Made by a program: the position numbers and the translations under genes
Notes under the pieces: model-generated
Databases searched by the model: none
The model's input: the letters and a program-made list of their open reading frames with translations, nothing else
Told to the model about the DNA's origin: nothing
From: Vibrio cholerae ATCC 14035
GTDB taxonomy: Bacteria > Pseudomonadota > Gammaproteobacteria > Enterobacterales > Vibrionaceae
Direction: 5' to 3'
Assembly: GCF_000621645.1 (NCBI RefSeq)
Contig: NZ_JHXR01000002.1
Span: 1 to 32,000, forward strand
DNA: 32,000 bases
Shown: positions 1 through 6,617 of the stretch, piece after piece
How the letters are laid out: every line of letters begins with the position of its first letter
Position numbering within the stretch: position 1 is the first letter of the stretch

Positions 1-262
1 TTAGTATTTCATTATGCTCTTCAAGGCGAGCCAGCTTCTTTTTCAATTCCCGAATTTCTATTTGCTCAGGGGTCATAGGTGAAGCTTTAGGTGTTTTCCC
101 TTGGCGTTCTTCTCTAAGCTGGCGAACCCATTTATCCATCGTGGACTTGCCCACATTCATGGCTTGGGCTGCTTCCGTCACTGAGTAATTTTGGTCTAAG
201 ACTAGCTGCGCTGCTTCTAACTTAAATTCTGCGCTAAATAGTCGTCTTGTACGTTTTGTCAT
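1..262 (-). CDS. IS3-family transposase OrfA (HTH subunit), C-terminus outside window
   Basis: My own translation of the minus strand from ATG 262 gives [87 protein letters not shown]. This is very close to IS911/IS3 OrfA ([52 protein letters not shown]). It is not in the ORF track because it runs off the window. Confidence 0.9.
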   Translation of the reverse strand, partial: MTKRTRRLFSAEFKLEAAQLVLDQNYSVTEAAQAMNVGKSTMDKWVRQLREERQGKTPKASPMTPEQIEIRELKKKLARLEEHNEIL

Positions 263-338
263 AATGTCACCTGTTAACTTATGAGGTGATGATATCACCT
301 CTAACTAAGTGACCAAATTCACTATGCCACTACAGTCA
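1..338 (-). mobile_element. IS3-family insertion sequence, left end only (body continues beyond window start)
   Basis: The OrfA gene reads leftwards from the ATG at 262. The reverse complement of 300-338 reads TGACTGTAGTGGCATAGTGAATTTGGTCAC..., a 5'-TG terminal inverted repeat of the IS3/IS911 type. I placed the IS end at 338 on this TG alone; no second end is available in the window to confirm it. Confidence 0.7.
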
Positions 339-374
339 AGGACGGCCAACATAAGAGGAGTGTGATAATCAATT

Positions 375-857
375 ATGAACAAGAAAGAAATCCAAGCCTA
401 TCAATCAGCCTTCGAGAAGTTTAACCCGTTCTATGGTGTAGACTTCCCGATTACTTCCGTTAAGCTCTGTGAGCTAATCAATAAGATGCGTAATGACCAC
501 AACGAGAAAGTAGTCGAGTTACGTCATGACCACTTGATGAATAAAATCCGAGAGTTTAGTGAGCAGGTTAACGCCCCGAATTTTCGGGTGGTTGAAAGTT
601 CATACAAAGACACTAAAGGTGAAGACCGCAAATGTTATCTCTTAGGTAAAACTGAATGTCGAGCTATAGCTGCTACGGAAAGTAAATCCGTGTGTTACAT
701 GATAATGGTCTACCTTGACCAACTGGAACAAATCTTTGAGAAAGCCAAAGAGGCAAAAGCTACCGAGTTCGACCGTAAGCTATCAAAGCAAGGTGTTACA
801 TGGAGAGAAGCCTGTCGAACTGTAGGGATTGAACATCCTGATTTAGCCTTGAAGTAA
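375..857 (+). CDS. Phage regulatory protein, Rha-like N-terminal part of an antirepressor; ends at a TAA in frame with the next ORF
   Basis: 160-aa ORF. The pattern LRHDHLMNKIREF...YKDTKGEDRKCYLLGKTECRAIA...VYLDQLEQ resembles the Rha/phage pRha domain. The C-terminal TWREACRTVGIEHPDLALK looks like the start of a KilAC/ANT domain. The assignment is by eye, not by search. Confidence 0.6.
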   Translation: MNKKEIQAYQSAFEKFNPFYGVDFPITSVKLCELINKMRNDHNEKVVELRHDHLMNKIREFSEQVNAPNFRVVESSYKDTKGEDRKCYLLGKTECRAIAATESKSVCYMIMVYLDQLEQIFEKAKEAKATEFDRKLSKQGVTWREACRTVGIEHPDLALK

Positions 858-1151
858 ATGATTAAGCGTGGTTTCTTCAAGAGAGACTTTGACGGTGGCT
901 TAGTTGTTAAACCGAGTTTACTTGCTGATAAGTCATTTAAGAAGGCTGATAACCTTGGTATCAATAAAGAAGGATTCAGAGTCTTAACGAACGGCTTTAA
1001 GAAGCTTCAAGAAGCCGCCGAGCGTATTAAATGGCAGTGTCTTCAGTTCTCCGATAGACCCAAGTTACAAGCGATGTATAAAGCTAAACTTGAGGAACAC
1101 ATGAAGAATCAACCCAAAGTCTACGATGAGCAAGGTTTTGAGGTGGAGTAA
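858..1151 (+). CDS. KilAC/ANT-like C-terminal fragment, same frame as 375-857 (possibly one gene interrupted by a stop)
   Basis: 97-aa ORF whose ATG (858-860) directly follows the TAA at 855-857 in the same frame (375 and 858 are both 0 mod 3). MIKRGFFKRDFDGGLVVKP... continues the KilAC-like pattern begun upstream. Confidence 0.5.
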   Translation: MIKRGFFKRDFDGGLVVKPSLLADKSFKKADNLGINKEGFRVLTNGFKKLQEAAERIKWQCLQFSDRPKLQAMYKAKLEEHMKNQPKVYDEQGFEVE

Positions 1152-1281
1152 CTAATTACATCTTATCTTGTCCTGTCTTGTCTTTCCTTGATGAAAATCT
1201 ACCAGAAAAATCTGAGCGACCATCTAACTAATTAAGCACAGGGATTACCCCCGTATGGTGTCCCTATGTGCTGTCACTGTA

Positions 1282-1312
1282 TCTACTTCATCCACTGTGT
1301 TCACTGTGTTCA
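1282..1312. repeat. Left arm of a 20-bp inverted repeat (1282-1301) overlapping tandem CACTGTGTT x2 (1293-1310)
   Basis: TCTACTTCATCCACTGTGTT (1282-1301) compared with the reverse complement of 1450-1469, TCTACTTCGCTTACTGTGTT, matches at 16/20, and all four mismatches are transitions. CACTGTGTT is repeated head to tail at 1293-1301 and 1302-1310. Confidence 0.8.
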
Positions 1313-1341
1313 AAAACAGGCGTTTAGGACATCACCCTAAA

Positions 1342-1420
1342 GATGTTCTTAAATAGCATTCTAAAGTGTTCATAAATACTATTGATAATAAAGAACACAT
1401 CATTCATTATGAACACATCT
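1342..1420. repeat. Palindromic array of four GTGTTC-core motifs (two inverted pairs); candidate recombinase or repressor binding sites
   Basis: GATGTTCTTAAATA (1342-1355) and AGTGTTCATAAATA (1365-1378) lie on the top strand. AGAACACAT (1392-1400) and TGAACACATCT (1410-1420) are their inverted counterparts. The array is symmetric around about 1381-1388. Confidence 0.7.
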
Positions 1421-1443
1421 TAAAGAGCACACACACAGTAAAC

Positions 1444-1469
1444 GAAGTAAACACAGTAAGCGAAGTAGA
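1444..1469. repeat. Copy 1 of a perfect 21-bp direct repeat (1444-1464) overlapping the right arm of the 20-bp inverted repeat (1450-1469)
   Basis: GAAGTAAACACAGTAAGCGAA at 1444-1464 is identical to 1690-1710. The flanking bases differ on both sides, so the repeat is exactly 21 bp. Confidence 0.9.
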
Positions 1470-1473
1470 CGCC

Positions 1474-2322
1474 ATGAAATACTCATTAATCAAGCTATCA
1501 GCGATGAACAGCTACAGTGACTGTCAACAAGCAATAGAAGACATTGAAGCAGACCCAGAGAACTACACAACGGAAACCAGAGCAGCAGCACGTATCGGTG
1601 GACACTGTGAACTACTCAAAGGTGCTAAAGAGAAAATCAAGGCATTAGAAAAGAAAGCAGATAGTTTTATACCCTCAGATGATTCTGAAGAAGTAAACAC
1701 AGTAAGCGAAACCTCTCAACGTACTTATGGGTATGGTCGAGTATCTACCGATGAGCAGACCACAAGCCAACAACTTACAGCTATTCGTGAAGCAGGTCAT
1801 AAAGTAAGTGATAACCGCTTTATTGTGGATGAAGGTGTTAGCGGTGGTGTCTGTGCAATGGAGAGACCAGCATTTAGAAACCTTGTAGAAAATAAGCTTG
1901 AAAAAGGTGATACGTTAGTTATCGCTAAATTAGATAGATTAGGCAGAGACAATATTGACGTTCAACAAGTAGTCCAGATGTTAACCGATAAGGGCATCAA
2001 GCTATTCATCCTTGATTTACCAGTAGCTGATTTAAGTAGTCCTGAAGGTAAGTTAATGCTTCAGATGTTCGCTACCTTTGCTGAGTTTGAAAAGAATCGC
2101 ATATCAGAGCGAATCAGGGACAAACTGAAACAGCTAAAACAAGAAGGCAAGGCATTGGGTAGACCAACAAAGAATGTTTATGACGATGTACAAGAGCTGA
2201 AAGCCCAAGGCATTAGCCAGAGAACCATTGCCGATAAACTGAACGTGTCATTATCAACCGTTAGAAGAAACTGGGTAGACACTAAAAGGTCACTGGAAGT
2301 GGTCACTGAAAGCGGTCAATAA
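1474..2322 (+). CDS. Small serine recombinase (resolvase/invertase family) with an N-terminal extension of at least 85 aa
   Basis: YGYGRVSTDEQ (catalytic Ser), LVIAKLDRLGR, a resolvase core, and a C-terminal HTH (GISQRTIADKLNVSLSTVRR). The catalytic domain starts at ORF-track residue 121. The start is uncertain: ATG 1474 (MKYSLIK) or GTG 1366, and neither has a good Shine-Dalgarno sequence. Confidence 0.85.
   Translation: MKYSLIKLSAMNSYSDCQQAIEDIEADPENYTTETRAAARIGGHCELLKGAKEKIKALEKKADSFIPSDDSEEVNTVSETSQRTYGYGRVSTDEQTTSQQLTAIREAGHKVSDNRFIVDEGVSGGVCAMERPAFRNLVENKLEKGDTLVIAKLDRLGRDNIDVQQVVQMLTDKGIKLFILDLPVADLSSPEGKLMLQMFATFAEFEKNRISERIRDKLKQLKQEGKALGRPTKNVYDDVQELKAQGISQRTIADKLNVSLSTVRRNWVDTKRSLEVVTESGQ
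1690..1710. repeat. Copy 2 of the perfect 21-bp direct repeat, 246 bp (82 codons) downstream of copy 1
   Basis: GAAGTAAACACAGTAAGCGAA. Both copies are in the same codon phase and encode EVNTVSE. Copy 2 ends 25 nt before the YGYGRVSTDEQ catalytic motif. Confidence 0.9.
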
Positions 2323-2559
2323 GACGCATCTTGATGTTAGTAAACACTATCGCTACAATACCTATATTACATGTATATCAGCAGCCTTGTTGCGTGTCTT
2401 AATATGAATTGCATCTCAATTTTGGAACAAAGACAGAAAAGCTCACCAACAAACTTTTAGAAAGTGTTTATGCTAAAGGCAAATATAAAATGAAATCACA
2501 AGCCTAGCGTCGCCTACAGCGCTGAGCAACACTCCTTTTTTGCTGCTGAGAATAAAACT

Positions 2560-2781
2560 ATGAATAACCGACTTGTCGAAGAAACCATTGCAGAAGAAAC
2601 CATCGACTGCTGCCCTCTCTGCCAACACGATGAATTCTTTATTTCTGCCGACAAAGAGAAATTTTACTGCGCGAAATGTGGCTTTCACACCAACACTCTG
2701 ACCAGCATTCAGCCCATGCTGGCGGCTAAAGCGAATCTCACACATCGCTTTGTCCACACCGGAATCAAAACTCGTCAATAA
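2560..2781 (+). CDS. Small zinc-ribbon protein (CxxC...CxxC), possibly related to the N-terminal Zn-ribbon of IS1595-type transposases
   Basis: 73-aa ORF with CCPLCQHDEFFISADKEKFYCAKCGF. The RBS is weak, and a 101-aa ORF overlaps it on the opposite strand, so coding status is not secure. Confidence 0.4.
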   Translation: MNNRLVEETIAEETIDCCPLCQHDEFFISADKEKFYCAKCGFHTNTLTSIQPMLAAKANLTHRFVHTGIKTRQ

Positions 2782-2976
2782 TGGAAGCTCGTTCGTTATC
2801 GAAACCGCATTATTTCTCTGTCAAAAGATGGAAAATGCGGTCGTAACCGCCGTGATGGTAGCAATGTGAGTGAACAAGGTGCGTCAAGCCTCCACTAATT
2901 TCAGCACAACTCCCAGCGCCAAAAGAAACGGAAAAAACGAAAGCAACTGACGAAAGTGAGTCGAGAAAGGATCGGC

Positions 2977-3657
2977 TTACGCGGATTGGCGCATCACGCT
3001 ACCACTCAAATACTCCGCAAGTTGAAGTAGATTGCTCAGCACAATCACTTGCTGAGAATGGCTGCGATGTTGGGGATTCAGTGGGCTCAATTGAAAGGTC
3101 AGCACTTCTGCATTTAATCCTGCTTCAACGCCCTTCGGTGTGTCGTCAACATAAATGCACTCATCCAATGTAAAACCCATGTTCATTGCACAATAACGGA
3201 TGAGATCCGGCTCAGGTTTCCAGCTGTTCGCATCAAAAGCAGAAAAAATCCGCCCTTCAAAATAGTGCTCAAGACCGGCGAGAGTCAGGGTCATCGCGAT
3301 TTTTTCTCGTGGCGCGTTTGACGCCACACAAAATTCAATCTGGTTACGCTTCAAGTAATTGAGTAATGCCCTCGCGCCCCCCATCGGAGAAAGTTTGCGC
3401 CGAAACGTTGCCGCGACAATCGAGCGGTAACGCTGCTCAAGCAAATCAATATCCGCTGTTATCTTCGCCAGTTGGCAAGCCGCATGGAGAATGTCGGCGA
3501 TTTTGCCACCCGAGAAATGCTCAGCGACCTGCTGGTAGCTTAAGGCCACCCCAAGTTCGCCAAACACTTGTACCAGAGCTTCACAGCACAAACGTTCGCT
3601 GTCTACTAAGGTTCCTTCGCAGTCAAAAATGACACACTTTACTCTGGATTCAGTCAT
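2977..3657 (-). CDS. HAD-superfamily phosphatase (YieH/CbbY-like)
   Basis: 226 aa. Motif I is VIFDCEGTLVDSE, followed by ASNAP and WKPEPD...VDDTPKGVEAG (motifs II-IV). It aligns by eye along its whole length with E. coli YieH. Confidence 0.85.
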   Translation of the reverse strand: MTESRVKCVIFDCEGTLVDSERLCCEALVQVFGELGVALSYQQVAEHFSGGKIADILHAACQLAKITADIDLLEQRYRSIVAATFRRKLSPMGGARALLNYLKRNQIEFCVASNAPREKIAMTLTLAGLEHYFEGRIFSAFDANSWKPEPDLIRYCAMNMGFTLDECIYVDDTPKGVEAGLNAEVLTFQLSPLNPQHRSHSQQVIVLSNLLQLAEYLSGSVMRQSA

Positions 3658-3795
3658 TACTTATTCCTCCATCCCCATTAGCAGTGTATATCTCACTGTG
3701 GCACTAAAAAGGATGGAGTTAACAGAATGGCAGAAAACCATGCACAAACGTGCATAACTTCTACCGAAGTCACTCTTTTACGAACAGAAAGTGGC

Positions 3796-4302
3796 TCAAA
3801 GTTCGATGTAAGGGGTAGCATCACTCGCGGTGATGGCTTGCCATTTCGCATACAGCGCTTGAGCAAATGCTTCGCGAGTGTCAAATAGAGGGTTGGGTTT
3901 CACAACCAGATCGGAAAGCAGAACCATGTGCTCATGCTCCGTCACCATACCTGCCGCAACGGGTTCGCCAAGATGAAATCCGAGGAATAGTTGGCATGGC
4001 GGTGAGTAAATAATTTGGGTAAAAAACTCAACCAAACGTTCTTGCTCATGCTGGGTTGAGCTACGCGTTGCCTGCAAGAGAGCAAACCAGACAGTTAAAC
4101 GATGAAAATCCACCAAATAAATCTCTTGCAGTAATGGCGCATCACAGGCCTGCGGTTGAAACAACGAAACTTCAGTGTGTCGGCTTAACGCATGGTAAAT
4201 ATCGCGCCCCTCTAAACTTTGAGCAGTCGGGAATTCGACATCCACTTGACTCGATAACCACTGATTTTTGGCCGCAACCACAGGTGAGGGAGAGTAAATC
4301 AT
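3796..4302 (-). CDS. Hypothetical protein (possibly GNAT-like fold)
   Basis: 168-aa ORF on the same strand as, and upstream of, the HAD gene. I recognise no diagnostic motif, so only the ORF length and context support it. Confidence 0.55.
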   Translation of the reverse strand: MIYSPSPVVAAKNQWLSSQVDVEFPTAQSLEGRDIYHALSRHTEVSLFQPQACDAPLLQEIYLVDFHRLTVWFALLQATRSSTQHEQERLVEFFTQIIYSPPCQLFLGFHLGEPVAAGMVTEHEHMVLLSDLVVKPNPLFDTREAFAQALYAKWQAITASDATPYIEL

Positions 4303-4623
4303 AGGGGACTTCTTCTTGGTTGGTGAAGCAACACCTAATCAATAAGCGTCGCAGTAAACGCAGCATACTCATCAAGCCCACACGGAACAAGCTTTAATCC
4401 CTTTTGATGAGCAATTGCGTATCTTGGTCTTAGCCATGAGGCTGCACTATCTTCAGAAAATCAGTATGATGTAAACCCAAATAACCTGATGTTGCCGCGA
4501 TAAGCATCCCAATATCAGGTAGGAAGGTGATATCCCAATACAGCTTGAAGCTAAACGATGCTCACGCGCGCTGCCGTTGCAAGTTGGCAGGGTAAACACA
4601 ATTAACGTAAACGGAACCTGATT

Positions 4624-5106
4624 ATGCTCAATTCTATTCGCACTGCTTTGCTTCTTTCCTTCGCTTTCGTTTTGAGTGGTTGTGATCGCTCAGAAGTCGG
4701 TGATGTCAGTCTCGGCATGTTTACCTTGAAAGATATTAAAATCAACAACTTGACCGATCCTGTTGTAACGGGCGTGACTTGCCATGTAGCCAGTATTGAA
4801 GCCGATTTAAGCTTGGCCGATCCATCAGACTCCTCGATTTCTTGTCGCCAAACGGGTGAAATTACGCCAGAAATGATCGCGCAAATTGATAAATCCTCTT
4901 CAGGCGAAGTGGTCTTTCAAAAATCCAAAAGTATTTTCTTCAAATCGATGAAAATTCGCCGTATTTTTGATGCGAAAAACCAAACCCTGATGTATCTCTC
5001 CTACTCGACTAAAGAAACATCCGGCAGCTTTAAACACAGCCTGTCTACCGTGCCGCTGTGGGGCACTCAAGCCTACAACGCCTTCCCTGAAACACAGAAC
5101 AAATAG
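4624..5106 (+). CDS. creA: CreA-family periplasmic protein/lipoprotein
   Basis: 160 aa with a signal peptide and lipobox-like LSGC. The body (GMFTLKDIKI...VTGVTCHV...MYLSYSTK) resembles CreA. Confidence 0.75.
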   Translation: MLNSIRTALLLSFAFVLSGCDRSEVGDVSLGMFTLKDIKINNLTDPVVTGVTCHVASIEADLSLADPSDSSISCRQTGEITPEMIAQIDKSSSGEVVFQKSKSIFFKSMKIRRIFDAKNQTLMYLSYSTKETSGSFKHSLSTVPLWGTQAYNAFPETQNK

Positions 5107-5117
5107 CTTCATCCATC

Positions 5118-5153
5118 GCAGCCTGAGGTGTGCTTTACATCACTTCAGGCTGC
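5118..5153 (+). terminator. Hairpin after creA (weak intrinsic terminator)
   Basis: GCAGCCTGAGGTG...CACTTCAGGCTGC forms a 13-bp stem with one G-U pair. No U-tract follows it. Confidence 0.35.
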
Positions 5154-5224
5154 AATAAAAATGAAAGTAATCTGTCACACCTGTGATATGATGCGCGAAA
5201 ATTTTTTCAATTAACACTTTCAAA

Positions 5225-6529
5225 ATGAAGTTTCCCGGTCAGCGCAAATCTAAGCACTATTTTCCAACTCACGCCCGCGATCCACTCGTCAACCAGATTC
5301 AACAAACACCAAAGCTCCATCGTCCGACGATTGTCGGCGTCGGCCAAACCATCGTCGATATTGAAGCTCGCGTTGATGATGAATTTCTTACCCGCTACGA
5401 TCTCAGTAAAGGCCATTCACTGGTACTGGAAGAGAGTAAAGCGGATGCTCTCTATCATGAATTGGTCGAGCGTGGATTGATCACTCACCAGTATCCGGGA
5501 GATACGATTGGCAACACATTGCACAACTATTCGGTTTTAGCGGACAGCAAATCGGTATTGCTGGGTGTGATGTCGAAAAATATCGAGGTGGGTTCATACG
5601 CTTATCGCTACCTATGTCGTACTTCAGCGCGGATGAATCTAAACCACTTGCAAACAGTGGATGGCCCTATCGGTCGCTGCTACACCTTGATTTCTGAAGA
5701 TGGTGAACGTACGTTTGCGATCAATGAAGGGCACATGAACAAGCTGCGCCCTGACAGCATTCCAGAAGAAGTGTTTGATAAAGCTTCGGCCTTGGTTGTG
5801 TCATCGTATTTGATGCGTGGTAAGCCAGAAGACCCTATGCCACAAGCGGTGCAACGTGCCATTGAAATCGCAAAAGCACGCAGCATTCCTGTGGTTCTCA
5901 CCTTAGGCACAAAATATGTGATCGAAGGGAATGCCGAGTGGTGGCAAAACTACATGAAAGAGCATGTTACCGTTGTCGCCATGAATGAAGAAGAAGGCGC
6001 AGCGCTGACGGGCGAACGCGATCCTCTACTTGCTGCAGATAAAGCGCTGCAATGGGTTGATTTAGTGCTGTGTACGGCAGGCCCTGTGGGTTTGTATATG
6101 GCAGGCTATATTGACGAATCAGCAAAGCGCGAAACAGAGCTACCACTACTACCGGGTAATATTCCTGAGTTTAATAAGTACGAATTCAGCCGCGCAATGC
6201 GTAAAGAAGATTGCCGCACACCACTGAAAGTTTACTCTCACATTGGTCCATACTTAGGCGGCCCGCTGGAGATTAAGAACACTAATGGTGCTGGCGATGG
6301 CGCACTTTCCGCGTTACTGCACGACATGGCGGCAAACGCGTATCACCAACGTAATGTGCCGAATTCAGCCAAACATGATCAGCCATACCTGACCTATTCC
6401 TCGCTCTCTCAAGTGTGTAAGTACGCCAACCGCGTCAGCTATGAAGTGTTGACTCAGCATTCGCCACGTCTGTCACGGGCTTTACCTGAGCGTGAAGATA
6501 GCTTGGAAGAAGCGTACTGGGATCGTTAA
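5225..6529 (+). CDS. gsk: Inosine-guanosine kinase
   Basis: 434 aa, collinear with E. coli Gsk from MKFPG.RKSKHYFP to PEREDSLEE.YWDR. It carries the PfkB motif NTNGAGDGALSALLHD. Confidence 0.95.
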   Translation: MKFPGQRKSKHYFPTHARDPLVNQIQQTPKLHRPTIVGVGQTIVDIEARVDDEFLTRYDLSKGHSLVLEESKADALYHELVERGLITHQYPGDTIGNTLHNYSVLADSKSVLLGVMSKNIEVGSYAYRYLCRTSARMNLNHLQTVDGPIGRCYTLISEDGERTFAINEGHMNKLRPDSIPEEVFDKASALVVSSYLMRGKPEDPMPQAVQRAIEIAKARSIPVVLTLGTKYVIEGNAEWWQNYMKEHVTVVAMNEEEGAALTGERDPLLAADKALQWVDLVLCTAGPVGLYMAGYIDESAKRETELPLLPGNIPEFNKYEFSRAMRKEDCRTPLKVYSHIGPYLGGPLEIKNTNGAGDGALSALLHDMAANAYHQRNVPNSAKHDQPYLTYSSLSQVCKYANRVSYEVLTQHSPRLSRALPEREDSLEEAYWDR

Positions 6530-6560
6530 TTGATTATCGTGGACAAAACTCTCACTCTTT

Positions 6561-6597
6561 AATAAAGAAGGCGACCATTGGTCGCCTTCTTTATTTT
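6561..6597. terminator. Bidirectional rho-independent terminator between gsk and the sulfatase-family gene
   Basis: AATAAAGAAGGCGACC-ATTG-GTCGCCTTCTTTATTTT is a perfect stem flanked by A/T runs on both sides. Confidence 0.85.
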
Positions 6598-6617
6598 CCA
6601 GTTAATGAAATGGCTTA

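Noticed and set aside
1235-1272. Hairpin AGCACAGGGA...TCCCTATGTGCT after the KilAC-like ORF as a terminator
   Set aside because: The stem is bulged and no U-tract follows. It may be structural or a binding site, but I cannot support calling it a terminator.
2473-2778. 101-aa minus-strand ORF antisense to the zinc-ribbon ORF
   Set aside because: It has no recognisable motif, and the plus-strand frame has the CxxC pairs. This is kept only as a caveat, since neither frame is proven.
4391-4623. Possible sRNA (Csr- or Qrr-like) in the creA upstream intergenic region
   Set aside because: It has only a single GGA-containing stretch, no repeated GGA hairpins, no Qrr core sequence and no terminator.
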